From assembly GCA_040954595.2 (NCBI GenBank), contig CM082587.2, positions 8,189,403 through 8,253,402 of the forward strand: DNA of 64,000 bases. The letters are read 5' to 3'. This DNA is from Balanoglossus misakiensis. Its lineage: Eukaryota; Animalia; Hemichordata. The notes beneath the pieces are model-generated. The model was not told the DNA's origin. It saw only the letters and a program-made list of their open reading frames with translations, and searched no databases. Position numbers and translations under genes: made by a program. This document shows positions 24,101 to 39,100 of the stretch, piece by piece (the first letter of the stretch is position 1; every line of letters begins with the position of its first letter).

Positions 24101-27100
24101 AGGACGTGCTTCACATTTGTCAGGAAAACACTCACATTGAAAGGAGCCTCTTGCTCTACTAGAAAATAACATTTTCTTCATTCAAAGACTATTTACTTGA
24201 TAATAACTGGACACATATTAGTACCTACGGCACTGTGCTCCCATTCCAACATAATTCAAGTGTGATGTACATGTACACTTGATCGGCTACACACAGCCAC
24301 AACAATACAACAGCATAACTATAGTGCAAGTTGTACGTGCACTTACTTTAAAGGTTTCGTCAATACACTTCACACCGACAACTCGAAGATTGGTGTATTC
24401 ACGTTGGCGTCTTGACTTCTTGACCGACATTCCTCGCTTGGTTGGTTTCTGTAAACAGCGACAAAAGATCTTCAAATTAATTGCTGAAGAAAGTTTTTGA
24501 CGACATGTGAAGATTTTGTGCTCTCTTAATATCAATGTTCCAAGGTTTATACAAAATTACATTGCCTGATGATGAATTACACTCTGTCATGTACCCATGT
24601 CTAAAATGACAGTCACTTCATTGCATAGGCAATCATTTTATCCCCAACTTGAATACCCACAAATATGAACTTCCAAGTTAAATATAATGTTACCATTGAC
24701 AACTATATACATTTTCAGTCCCAGGTTTTATTTCATTTATCAACATTATTTATCTATTTATTTAAAAGTGAACTCCACAAAATATCACAAATCATTATCA
24801 AACACAATTACTATAACAAATTTTCAACAATAAATTTTCAGGATGGTCTTCAACAGACATGATTTGATCTGGCAACTGAATGCATGAACAATATAATTTG
24901 GGATAGAGTATCTTGTGTCATGTCTGTTTAGTTGATGTAATTTATATGAATCTTACACTTTTCTTCAAAATTCTCTTCACTGTAAGACTGAAATTTATAC
25001 TAGACACACTTTGTATATCTCGACAGGTGCAACAATGCACCTTGCAGCTAATAGCTTTATATGTATGCACTTAGTCATAGCTGACCAACTCCACATGCCC
25101 TAAACAGCTTCATGCATGAATGTATTACTTGAAAACATTGAAAGCTCTCAAGGAATGTATAAGAAGAACAAGTTGTACTTTATTGCAGTGCAAATAACTG
25201 GAGCATGTACTTGAGTTGTTGGAAATTTGTACACTTTTAACTCTTGGCTGTATTAAAGTGGACTTTATATACACAAATATTGGCAAAATGAAATGGAGAA
25301 TAATATCCCCTTAGGTGGTATTTAAATTTGCAATCTACATGATAACTTTTTAATATAAAAATACAACTAAGAAATTAAATTTTTCATGTGTTTTGTACCA
25401 CTTCATTTACATTTAGTCATGTGTGCTTCAGGTGGTGTGACTAGGAATAGTCAAACAGGAGCCAGCCACTGCATTAGAATTTTAGGATCACACTTCAGAC
25501 AATGGTCATTTGTGATGCAGCAGCTGATGTCATTGAACTTGACTTCCAAACTACATGACTCGACTGACAGTTACAATGGGGGTATTGTACAGTGGAACCT
25601 GTCAATAGTGGCCAGTCAAGGGACTTTCCTAAACTGGCCTTTATAGTCAGGTGGCTTTTATAGACTGGTCAATTAATTCACATGTAAATTGCACAGGAAC
25701 TGTACAAAGTGGCCACTATAAAGAGGTGGCCATTAACACAGGCTTGACTGTACGTGAACACCTATTCTTGGAGATGCCATCACACTCACTTTACACACTC
25801 AGTGCAAGTGCAACGTTCTCTCTGCCATTTTCCATGGTCTGTTGGACGCTCACTCTGTCACTTTCAGGACCCTTCCATTATCCTGAAGAGTCCTCTTCAC
25901 TGCACTCAGAACTAACACACTTAATACTACACAGCTTCCCTTGACAATCTTCAGTGCAGTGTTGGTCAATGACTATTGAAGGGTTGATTCAAAGTGCTGT
26001 GGTGTCATTTTCACTGAACATAAATATAATGTTCAAATTTTTATCTGAACCAAGTTTTATATTAGTGGGCACATTTTGGGGTATGTCAAAAGCTATCCAT
26101 TCTACATCATCATCTCCAAGCAGACAATGTGAAAACAAGGCCAGTAAGCCACAGAGTACTGCTTGAGCTCGTCTGGTTTGTTGTATCTACATGTATGATA
26201 CAATTTGCCTGTAAAAATTACCTTACAATACAATGTGGCTGTCGAACGTCTTTCCCAACTACAGCGACAATACAAAAGACGATAACAGTTTTACTCCGAG
26301 GCCTACTGGCCTTGTTTTCACATTGTCTATGGAAGGGCGCCCTCTTTATGAATAAGGCGTATCATCGTCCAGTTTAGACAGGTTTCACCGTAACGCAGAT
26401 GTTGATAATTATCCATACTTACACCCCCTCCTCGCCTATTGGTGATGGCAATATGTACAAACAATGATGCATTTCCTAACGGTTCTCCCGTATTTGACAG
26501 CAGGCCAATGTGTCTGTAACCTGCAATCAAAGACAACATTTTCTATTACCTCCATTTTGCATTCATGATAAACATAACCATAATCATTTTACATAGCACT
26601 ATTCATAATAAATTATCTCAATGAGCTCTGCATAAAAAATAAAACTGACAATCATTTTCTTGTAAAGTACTTTTTGTGAGGTACAGTAACTGTAGTTTTT
26701 CATGTTTATAACCTTAATCTTATACGACAAGTAAATAGGACAAACTCAACTGTCAAACTTGACTGACTGATTGCATAGAGTGAATTTGCATGTCTGACTG
26801 AACACAAGAAAAAGTGTAGTGTTGCGATCTTACCTGGTTGTAAGCATTCAAATGGAATGGTGTACTGGCCAATAAATTCATCTCCAATGTAATCATCGTC
26901 CAAAACCACAAATCTGACCAACGCTAATTCTGGTAAATTCACTGTGAATTCAAAACTCTCATCAAAAAGAGGATTGTAACCTGTTGAAAAAATAAAGAGT
27001 ACAATTAGTTTGTTTTGGTATTATGAATAAAAGCTTGTTCCTATCACTATAACACTGAATCCAGCACTGATGTTTTCATTCTGTGGTAATTGTCCCTCAA

Positions 27101-30100
27101 ATATCAGTGAACCATAAATTTACTGATAATTTAAACAAAACTATCAACAGACCTGACTCCTAAGGTAACTAAACTGACTGACTAACAGACCAACCGACCA
27201 ACTGACTGACTCAACACCTTAAACATATACTGTATATAAACTGAATCACAGCCTCTAAAAACCAGTATAACTTTAGCAGATCATTTGATCGCCCACACAT
27301 CAGCTTAGTGATAATGACAAACTGGATGAATGAGATTATCATTGGTGCAACATTATGAATCAGAATTTATAACCATTAGTGGAGGTATAAAGGAATAGTC
27401 ATGAATAATTTAGAGTAATTAGAATAATAACGCTATTTTGATTGTTAAGATGATGATGAAATTTACAAATCATTTCTTACCATTGTGAGGTACTGACTTG
27501 GTCCGTTCCTCAGCACAGTCAGCTGGTATCCCAAAGATTTCCATGGAAACATACGGGTCTATGGCCTGTGGAACACGATCAATACATGTTACATGGTATA
27601 TAAGGCAAACAGAGACTGAATTAAATAGGCACTGGATGCTCACATGACATTCTTTTCAGTAAGATCTGCTTAAAGCCCCACATGCTGCCTTTTTGACAAC
27701 ACTCATGTGCATATTCCACGATAGTTGTAAACTCTTGCAATGGGCAATTGAAAAAATGGGTGTGGCACCCATTTATTATTTGACATGTTTATATTTAAAT
27801 GTACAGCCACAACCAATGGTTGATAATATGTTTGTGCTTACCCATCAGTTAATTCATTTAAATGGACCATTTAAGTTTGAATGTATATTACGCAAAATTG
27901 GCAGCTATTTGGGCTTAATAACTGAATCTAATACCCTAGCCCTAGGGCTAACTAATGCATAGGTGGTAAAAATGTCCTGACACATTTTCTGTAACCAAGT
28001 TTCTACAATCTACGAAAACGACAGCCTGATCGCGCAGCTGTAATATCACACACACTTACATCTCCTTTAGCTCCCGATCCTTTGGGTTTGGGAAATTGTT
28101 GGCCGCTCACAATTTTGATGTGAAGTATTTGTGGAGAGACTCCTGGTATCATCTCCTTGGTGTTAGCACTGAAGAAAGCTATCTCTGTGGAAACAAAACA
28201 TGGTAGGTGGTGATGTACCAACCAAAACGTGGAAATATCATCAAAGTAGTCAACCAGGAATCATGCCATAATAGACCACTTTGCGGATAGGGTATCTGCA
28301 ATGCATGATGGTATAATTTGCGTTCAACATGGCGTCTAATACATGGCTAACGCACGCGCTCACAACGCAAACTGTCCCACAACACCCTGCGTTATTCTAT
28401 CCGTGAAGTGGTCCATGCATGATATGGCAGCTTTTCCATGCAAATATGGAAATAAATTGGCATTATTTCTACACAATAACATTTGCTACTTTCATTTTTT
28501 CATGAATTTAGTGTGCATTTCATTTTCATGTAAATATGCATGAATTATAAAAAGCTTTCTCCATTTATTGCTGAATTGCCAAATATCCCCCTCCCTAACT
28601 CTTTTGACCAAATTCAAGCACGGACAATCGCCAAATGCACAAAACACAACCAACCTTCTCTCATGACAGCAGGTTTGAGTACATAGCCACAGCCGCCATT
28701 TTGTTTGAAGCGACCTTCATAGAGGTCCATCATTAGCCCTGGCGTCTGGTAATTCTGTGTTACTTGAGGAGATAAAATTAAACACACAATTCAGCCAATC
28801 TCTTTTAGAGTTTCACAACTAACAATATTGCATTTTCCTAAAATGTTTGGAAGTTAACGGTTGAACAGTCGATTATGAGACAATGGAAGTGATCTGTACA
28901 GTACATATCTACTGTTTCTGAAGCAAATGCTTAGTTGCCAAAATACCCACTGGTACTGGTTCAGTGGTTGCAAGGATAAGCTAAACACTACCAGTTGGTA
29001 TATTGCCATGGTTTTGGGAGAATAACATGAAAGTGTTGTAGGTACACAAAACAAACATTGGCAAATATCATCCATAAATGTTTAGGGTTCCCTATGCAAG
29101 AGTAATATGGGCTATATGTAACATCTTATTATGGTTGACCCACCCAAGATTAAAGCAATGTGCCACAGGTATTAACCCTTTCACTACAATGGTTTGGTCC
29201 AAATCCATTGTTTTTTATAGTAAAGTTGGACCTCCATAGAGGCAAAAGGGGGTGGAAGGGTTGAATAACTGTAAGTGCAAACCACCAAGTGATGGTATTT
29301 CAGGAACCGAGTGTCTGAATTGGAGGGAGCATTTTTACCTATTTGACAACCACAGTTCCAAAGATCCTGTGGGTTGTAATTGCTTGAGTCAACTCGTATT
29401 GTGTTGGGGTAAATCCTGGTTAAAAATCTCTTGGTATGATTAACAAAATCTTCTGGACAAAGATTAGCAAACTTATTAGCCACTCCCTCGCTCAAGGAAC
29501 ACATCTCCCACACTTTTTCTGAAATGAAAAAATAAAATAAAATGGGTTGTTTGCCAACTAAAGGATTACTGCAGTCATGGCATAAAATGTAATAAACTAA
29601 TACATTAACAAGGTTGTCAAGAAACTTAATATCTAATTGAAGGAATACAATCACCATTAATTTTTATATGCCCATATATGGTTAAAAGGGTGCATCTATA
29701 TCTTCTAATGAACATGTGGTGCCACAATTTTTGTGTGGACACCCAAGTGAAATCTGTGATTGGCTGAAATGTAATACAGGACTGGTCACATATTGGATTT
29801 TTTGGTCAATTGGGAGTCCCACTTTATGGTTTCAGATTACATTTTTGGAACTCAACTGCACAACTGCTATCATTTCAACTTCTGCATTTCCAGATGAAAT
29901 CCAAATTACACATTTGACGGTCAAATTTGCAAGTGGAAAATTACACATTTGACACTTACGCTTTTGTGCTGACTCGTGGAAATCTTCAAATCTTACTGAT
30001 TTACATATTGCAATAAGATCTGATAGCTCCTTAATGAGAGTGATCTTCTTCAGGCCATCCTGGACAAAATATAAACATTTATGATAATAACATCAAGGCC

Positions 30101-33100
30101 TGGTTTCAGATGCAATATAAAACAAAGGTTGACAACTTAATACAAACAGTACACTTAGCACATCATGTATATCCTGGGTGTTTCACTTTGGTCTCTTCGG
30201 TACGGTCAATATGTCTCAAGGGCACCATTTTCAGAAAAAAAAATGATAAATGATTCGCTTTATGACCGCCTCTCACCTTTTTAAGCTTTTTCTTGTCATT
30301 ATCAATTCCTTCGTCTTCATCCGTAACTTCTCCTTCATCATCTTTGCATTCCGTGGATAACTTCTTTCCCTGTAGTACCAGTGGGACATCAAAGGATATC
30401 AACATTTCTTACAAATGTGACATATTAAGCACATTGGCCTGAATGCAGCCTAAAAACTCAACTGATACCACAGAAAATAATCTGCGCCTAATCAAAAGCA
30501 AAGTTACCAGAAAAAGTAATTTCAAAGAAGTTATTACGAAAAATAAGTGGTCGTGTTAGAACAATGGGTACAGGGCAAAGAGTGATATAACTTACTTTAA
30601 GAATAATCTTTCCTTTGAGTTCCTCAGGTGTTGGCAAGTAATTCTTTCCCACTCCAATCTCTTCTCTGTAAAGCTTATCTGTTAGTACACAATCACAATG
30701 AATCATTAGAGTTATAGACACTGGAAACACAGGTATCCATGGTAACCGTATCACTCTGATGATGCTGATTTTTGAGGATGCGTGTCCTTATTTCTTAAAA
30801 CTGTTCAATCACCCATCAATATCTTGCCAATTTTAATACACATATCTTTGTTGTTTACCACAAAACAGACCACTTTGCGGTGACTCACAGACCCAAGGGG
30901 GAAGACAGTCATCGTGGTGTTACACAAATGTGGCCTGTCAATATTCATCTTGTAACACACCCCATAGAATGTATCCCCTGTGCAGCCATTTGGCTGCAAT
31001 ATTAAGTGACATCTTCCTTCGTATGTTTCTTCATTATAACAAACACTTCAATTGTGATAAATTTCCCTCATTTAAAAAAAAAAGATTGTTTATAAATAAC
31101 TTTATTAACGAAGGGATAAGATTTATTCCTGTTTCTTCCAGAACAGGTTTTCTGGAATGGCATGACAGAATGAGATTTGAATGAGATTTGGCACAATGAC
31201 ATTTAGGGACTACAAAACTACAGTGAAACCTGTCTAAACCAGACACCAATGGGTCTGAAGAACTTATTCGGTTTGTAGAGGTGTCTGGCTTTTAGAGGTT
31301 CCTCTAACATGTGGTTCTTGCGAAAGGGACTGAAAAATGTGTTGGGTATAGGTACATGTAGGTTTCCAGATTACATGTAGACTGGGGTTGGTTTAGACAG
31401 GTTTAATTATAGATGCTACTTGCTCTATTCAAGGCAATCTGGAGCTTACCGCTGAATATTGATGTAAGGCATTTCACAATATATCTTTGTTGTTCTGGAC
31501 AACAATGGTTTTCTAATGATACAAAAAGAGGATACCTGAAACAGAGAAGACAAAAATCTCACTTGATATTCTACATACATTAGAGTACATGTACACCCTC
31601 ATGTACGTGAAATTCTTGCACTTTTCCTTATCCCACAAATATTTCACAAATTTCTGATAATTACCATGGTAAAACGTGTAGGAAGTACATACAGATATAC
31701 TGCCAGTACATTGTTTGTAGTCATCTAAATATTCATGAAGCTTTTTGAAATGGTAAGCAATATTCTCGATATGAAATTCAGACAATCACTTGAGCCTGTG
31801 TATATCTCAAAATGACAATGACTGAAATACTGGTCATTTCCTGAAATTTTCAGAAAAATTATTCAAGGAAATCACATTACAAGGTTGAAGATACAATGTA
31901 AATACTTCAGAGACTTGATTCTGAGAGTAGGCTAGTATGAACCCTTTGATTTTTATTTGATAAGACTTACGGTGACGCTGTAAATGCGTGTTCATTAATG
32001 GCTTCTACAGCTGCTTTCAAAGGAATCTTGGTTGTCAAGGTGTGTCCATGGTAAATTATGGGTTCATTTTCAGGGCCATCCCAACAATCCACTGCAATAA
32101 TGAACGGGAGGAAAAAACAGTGACAAAATGGAAGCCGTGCCTACATATTATTGACTTGTACATCACACAGTAATAGTGACTGTCATAATGATTAGTGCAA
32201 AACACCAAGACTCAACGGGCTTATTAGTCACTTTACAACAAAGATAAACATATAAGTCAAATCTGTCTGCAGTCTGACAGACAACAACACAGACCAGCTG
32301 CCTGGCTAACACTGCAGTACCATCACAATATTCTAAAGTGCAAACAAAGGAATACTTATGGTAAAACTTGGATAAAACTTAAGTTTTATAATCTGTTTAT
32401 TCTCATTATTTATGCATGAGCTTACATTTGCAAGTCCAAAAGGGATCAAAAATACAAAGTCTACGCTTGAAAAAAAATCTTTTTGTGTTTTCAGTATCCC
32501 ATACATCATTCATTCACTGAATCATAATCTCAATGTACTTTTGGAACACATCTAGCAAAAACCAAGCAGTGTTTTCATATGGGACAAAAGAAGCCACTAC
32601 TTACACTCGACCCATCGACATCCTCTCTGCAATGCTCTGATGTAACCCTCTACACTTGATGGACCTTTCAACTGATCTTCTGTCAAGTACCTGATCAATA
32701 TAAAGTGTAGTGAATATATTGTATCAATCACATCACAGTTCAATACAATACAGATTCAGCTACTACTGCTGTGATTTTTTCAATACTTTCTCAATATGTT
32801 GTCCAAAAAGCCCGGGGTATAGGCCGTTTTCACAAAGAGGGCACCCGTCCAAGATGGTGCGAAAAACGAGGCCAGTAAGTTGGGGAGTAAAATCGTTATC
32901 GTCTTGTGTATCGTCGCTATAGTTGGGAAAGATGTTCGACTGCCACATTTTATTGTAAGGCAATTTTTACGCCCAAATTGTATCATATACCGGTAGAACA
33001 AACCAGACGAGCTCAAGCAGTACTCAGTGGCTTACTGGCGCCATGTTTTGGAAGTGCGCCCTCTTTATAAAAAAGGTGTATTACTGGGTCAGTCTCCAAA

Positions 33101-36100
33101 ATACAGTTTCAGCATGTTTGTCCCCGTAACCATCAAGACTTTTTATTGTTTGTACAAAAGCATCTTGAAAGATTCACAATTTAGTCTGTCAACATTATCC
33201 ATATCTGTCCACCCGCTGTTTTATGTTTAAATTTCAGTTCAGTTGATTAGTCTCATACATTACCGAAAATATGTCTTGGTGAAAAACTGACAAGCCCTAA
33301 AAAACTCTTATAGAAAAAAATTATTATGCAGCATGTAAGAATAACCTTTGCACACAAAAAAATTCATGATGCTTGTTGGATCTTGTTATTTCAAGAATAA
33401 AAAGCAAACCCTAAAAAGTGTCACTGCATGTGTCATTTTTGGTGAGATGCCTACGATGAGAAACAAACACTTTCGGTCTGCCTAACCATGTCAAAGGAAA
33501 GTTCAGATGCTAAGCCTACAAATGTCTGGTTTGTGGGGGGTTCCCACACTGTCTTTGATGAGAAATATGGGATTGAAAATCGGTGCAGGTTACACACAGT
33601 GCAACCTTAAATTCAGTTGGCCATAACAACTACCGGTACATGTCCATTACACACACAATTACACAGCACACTAGCCCAATATTGAGCTATTGAACATAAC
33701 CTAGGGAGTACCACAACAAAAGGAAGACAGCAGAACAAAGTGAAGAAAATACCACCAAGGGATACAGCTACAATCTCTGCAACTTACTACACGTACAAAG
33801 TGTAATGCAGCATATATTTCACTACAAAGTCAATTCAGATTGTAACCCTCTGACATTTTATCACCATAATGAATACAGATTCAGTGATGTAGATAATCTT
33901 TTGTGATAAACCCTAAGGAAACGCAATATGCAGTCGATCCAGGATATTACCATCATTATTATTTTTGACATGTTTTCTGAGTTACAGATGGTCGGTCAGA
34001 CACCGGGTTCAGACAAGCGCTGTGATCTAAATCTGTCACATGTATTGTGTAAAATGTGGACTGTGACACACATTGGACCGACATCAAATGTTTTTGTGAG
34101 TGAACGATGCAAATTACGATAATGCACAAATAAATAAATAAATAAATAAATAAATAAATTGAAGCCTGACAGAATAGTCTTCTGTTTGACTGACACGAAC
34201 TATTTAATGATTTCTTAAAAAGACAAAACAGAACTTTTAACAATACTGTCAGTTACACAATTTGTCTAGCATTTCTTTTATTTGAACCTACAGCACTGCC
34301 ACAAGAATAACAATAATATTATAGCAGTATGGAAAGTGAGCATAATATTTAAAGAACTGTAAAATGGGAAATTTTCGCGAACAAGATCCCACAAAATATG
34401 GAAATAAATATTCATGTAAGAATGTTTTTTGGAAATAAGAGAACATTAAAATTAATGGTCGCAAAACAGCTGGTATCAGGAAAACTTCCTGTTGCAAAAA
34501 TGTCCTGTTTTACAGTATTTGACAAAAAACTTGTGCAATTTACTTACGTATTATGTGAAGATGCAATAAAATAATGTGATAATGGTTGCTTCATATCCTG
34601 ACATATTGTCTTGTGAGTTGGATCGAATATCTCACATTCTGTAGACATCAGGTACTTCGTAAAACCTGTACACATGCAAATAAACAGATAACAATATAAG
34701 AGTCAATTGTTTGTGAAGACAAGCAGTGTTCACTGCAGGCCTACTGCAGACATGAACACCAAGTGTTGATCGCTGACGGAAGTCATGTGGTCACCATTAA
34801 CACACTTCATTATATTCAATATGTATATATACAGTAAAACCAGTCTAAACTAAACACAAAGGGACAGAAGAAACTGTTCAGTTTGCAGAGGTGTCCGGTT
34901 TATAGAGGGTTTTTTAATATGTGGTTGTGTCAAAGTGACAGGAAAATGTGTTCAGTATAGACAGGTTTCCAGATTAGACAGGGTTCGTCTTACAGGTTTT
35001 ACTGTAGGATTATACATTTCCATATTAAACTGGATAACCTATACCATATTATTGGCCACTTAGCAGCTTACTGACCGATAATATGCATTATGGCCAATGA
35101 TATATCCAAACTCACCATCTATTCCTAGCTGACCTTTGACCTTCCCTTCATCTGAAGGTTCATATCTGTTGATAATTTCTAGACATTTTTCTTTGGTTAC
35201 ACCAGTCATCTATAAAGACAGATAAAAAAGATATTTTCAGTTCAGACAATTTAAAAATACAAACATGCACACAGGTATTTATTTTTGCCACTGAGGAACA
35301 CTACTACATTTTTTTAATACTACATGAATGAGCAAAAATCTATTTTAATGTTTTTCCACTCAAGTAACTAATGGTGACAGAGCAACAACAAAATACTTAC
35401 GCCTTGTTCTGCTTCTACAAAAATCTGAACATCATCAACTGTTAAAAACTCGTAACTTGCATACCTACAAAATACAGAAAATATAACCTGATATAAAACA
35501 TCTTAAAACTCATGATCATGTCATTAAATTTTGTTGTTGTATTGGCTGATGTTTAATTGACACAAATGCATAACCAGGAGTTTAAGGTTCATGGGCATTT
35601 TTTAGCAGGACATTGTTGTGACACTGGACAATCAACACATAATGGCTCAAAGTTTCTGTTTCTGTTTAACTTTGCACCTATTTTAGTTTCATACAAAGCT
35701 TGACTTCTATTGCTTGTTTACATTTTTCTTCAGGATTAAGGAAGACATCCAAGTGATGGACTGATTTCTTTTGGTATTTCACAACGTAGTACTACAACCG
35801 AGTGTGAATATACCCGGGTTATGGTGGTCACATGTCAAAATTTGACCTTTGACCTACCATGTCAAATTTACAGACATGCACAGGAACACCTGCATAAGTA
35901 TAATTTTGATCCCCCAAGGTCAAATTTGTTGTGAGTAATGAGAACATTAATGAACTACAGTCTTTCATCTGCTTCGCCTCAATTAACTTGCATATACCGA
36001 TGCATATCTGCATGTATTATTGATGTTCTAACTGAAAAGTTTGCGGTCTCAGACAAAAGTTATACAACAGGTTTACTACACTCCACTGAACAATTATTCT

Positions 36101-39100
36101 ACGGTTATTGTGAAATCAATATTTTTTTATATTACTTTCAACATGTAATCATCATGGGATCGATAATTCTCAGTGAAATAATGAATTTTATTGTCCACAT
36201 TGGCAGACTAAGTAAAAGGCAATAAACTCAGGGAAAATTTAGAAGACGGGTATTCATAGATAAATGTGTACACACGACAGCATTTCATTTCTTCTGTTGA
36301 TTTCCCAAAGCACTTGATCTTCTCAATTTTCATGAAAAATCGATTTGAAATATGAAATATCATAGCCGTGGGACTGAGTCAAGATAAATTTATTGTTACT
36401 AAGACCCAACAGAGCTGTGTAGATGTACACTGGAATCTTCATCAACACATATAACAAAATAGTGAACTCCCTATTTTCTTCTCTGTTTTCAAAACAACCA
36501 GCAAGGAACTGAAAAGTTTGGGGACTACCATTTTTTTCTGAAAATCTGCCCTTGAGGTGCATAATACCTTAACCCTTTCACCACCATGGTTAGGTCCAAC
36601 TCCATTGTTTTCTATGGTAAAGTTGAACCTCAAACGAGGGAACTGGGAGTGAAAGGGTTAAAGATAATGTAATATTCACCAAGTATAGAATCTGACACTG
36701 CCTGAAGTGAATTACAATCCTCTGCTATCACCCAAGCATTATCTCAGCAGTTTTATCACAATGTCACTTGACATGAACTTTTCATCGATCAGAACTACGT
36801 CAGATTCGTCAAGTTTCAACATATCCCATGGCATTTTTCACAGATCTTTAATATGAAAACCAAAACAAATCAAGACTTAAGTAAAACCCTGGGCTTTCAT
36901 TACCGAAGTAACTTCAAGCTAGACGGTTTACACATTCATATTTTATAAATGGATGCCGGGTATATTTTACTTTTTTTTTCAGTTTCTGTGACTTAAGGTA
37001 GAGATGTAGGTTTTTTGCATTTTTTGAGTGATTTTTCCTTTTTTCAATATTTCAAACCATTAGAATTTGCATTATTTTTTTATTAAAACAGTTTTACCGG
37101 GTCGCATTCGTAAACATGTGTAAATTTATCAAAAGTAACATATTTTAAGAATTGTGTGTACAGTTATAAACATTCCGGATTAACTGTTACCAGATTAGTG
37201 TTGGAGTTTGCTAACCAATTCACAGGAGCCCAGATATGCAAATCTGACTTTTCGAAAGTTAGGCTAGTTAACAGGAAGTTTGACAGGCGTGCTTTGTCTA
37301 GTGACTTCCAGCATGATGGTCAACTATGGCTTCCATCAGGGTTCGAACATCATGCTCCATGGCACAGACTTATTGACCGGACATAGGGCAATGAAACACC
37401 CGCAAATGTACAATTACTAATTACATGTTTTTCCACGATTTTCCACTAATTTATGAACTTTTTGGAAATGCTCCATGACAGAACGTTTAGTTGTGACCAG
37501 TGTTGCTTGTCTCATCTTGTCGAGAAAGCTGTTGCTGGTGCAGCTTACAATGTCACAACCGTCGATAAACTGAACAACTAATCCATTGCATGAAATAGGT
37601 GGATGTGTCAAGCGATGCCGATGCATAAATTTTCAGTTTTGAAACAGGAAGTTTGACAGGCGTGCTTTGTCTAGCGACTTCCAGAATGATGGTAGAGTAT
37701 GGCTTCCATCAGGGCTCGATCGTCATGTTCCGTGGCATAGACTAATTTACCGGACACAGAGCAATGAAACGCCCGCAAATGTACAATTACTAATTTTACA
37801 TGTTATGGTAGGAGTGAGAAAATTAGATTAAAATGGGTTTACAGAAGTGTATACTTAACGGGCTTTAGTGTCGTTTGGAGAAGTTATCAGTGGCAGGGAT
37901 TAACAGTCCCTTGTTTGCTGAATAAACAAACCAACCTCATTATTGTACTCTGTCCGTAATGATGTCGTTTTTTCCACTAATTTATGAACTTGCAAAACGT
38001 TCTAGATGAAAATGACTTGGTCTAAAGTCTCTAGTATTATGCTACTTCGTTAAAACATAACAAAGCAGTGAGTAAGTGCTATTTATGATCGTTTTTTTCC
38101 AACTGAAAGTGCCGTTCACACAAATTGTCGATTTTCTCTGTTCGGTTTTGGGCTCTGGAGTGCAACTTCAAAAGAGTGTAACTTAGCAACGCGTGCACAG
38201 ATTGTTCTGATTTTTGGCCTGAGGAAGGGAACAATACCTGTCTCCAAACCCCACGAGCGGATTTCCAATAAAGTTGATAGAACAAAAGAAATCACCACAC
38301 AAGTGAACAAAAGTCGATAATTTATGCAAAAATCGACAGTTGACACTTTAAAGGCTCATTGTTCGAAAACAAAAGTGAATATCAAAATTCCATGACCCGG
38401 TATTTTTACCACTATACCCAGCTGTCGATTGCCGGTAACAGATCACCTGGAGGCATTGTCTTTTTTTATTGCCAAGCCTTTGAGTAAAAAAACTTAAAAT
38501 CGTGTATTTTTGAGCAAAACGAGAAAGAGAACAGAAATTTTGGAAAATAAACCAGATTTTCATAAACTTCAAGTATAGAGCTAACAGAAAATATATAATG
38601 TGTTGGTGGGAAACATGAAATACAAGGAGAAAAAATCGATTAAAAACAAGTGTCATAAAAGGTACATCTCAACCTTAACTGATACCTGCACTATTAACCT
38701 ATTCACCACCATGGTTCAGTCCGACCCCACTGTTTTGTATGGTAAAGTTGGACCTCTAGAGAGGGAACTGGGGGTGGAAGGGTTAAACACAATCTGTGAT
38801 TGTCACTGGTAAACTCCATCGTATGTGGACACATCAGTCAAATAAAATTCTTTGTCTCATACACAATTCATTACTATTTCCAAACTTGATCTGAAATTAT
38901 TTTGGGGTATTTCACAGGTTTTTACGAATAGAAATTTTGCTTCGATAGGTTTACCTGTTGAAGAGAGAAATACTGTTTTTTCATTCAGCTATAATGATCT
39001 GTTTTTTCATTCAGCTACAAATAATGATCAGATGGTGAAATTGTTCACCAATAGAGGCCTATATCTCAAGATGAACTCTTCCTGTGCACATTCAAATATT

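Noticed and set aside
26129-26377. Two similar small ORFs (26129..26377 and 32780..33016) suggesting a peptide family
   Set aside because: The similarity comes from two copies of a non-coding repeat; starts, stops and lengths are not conserved.
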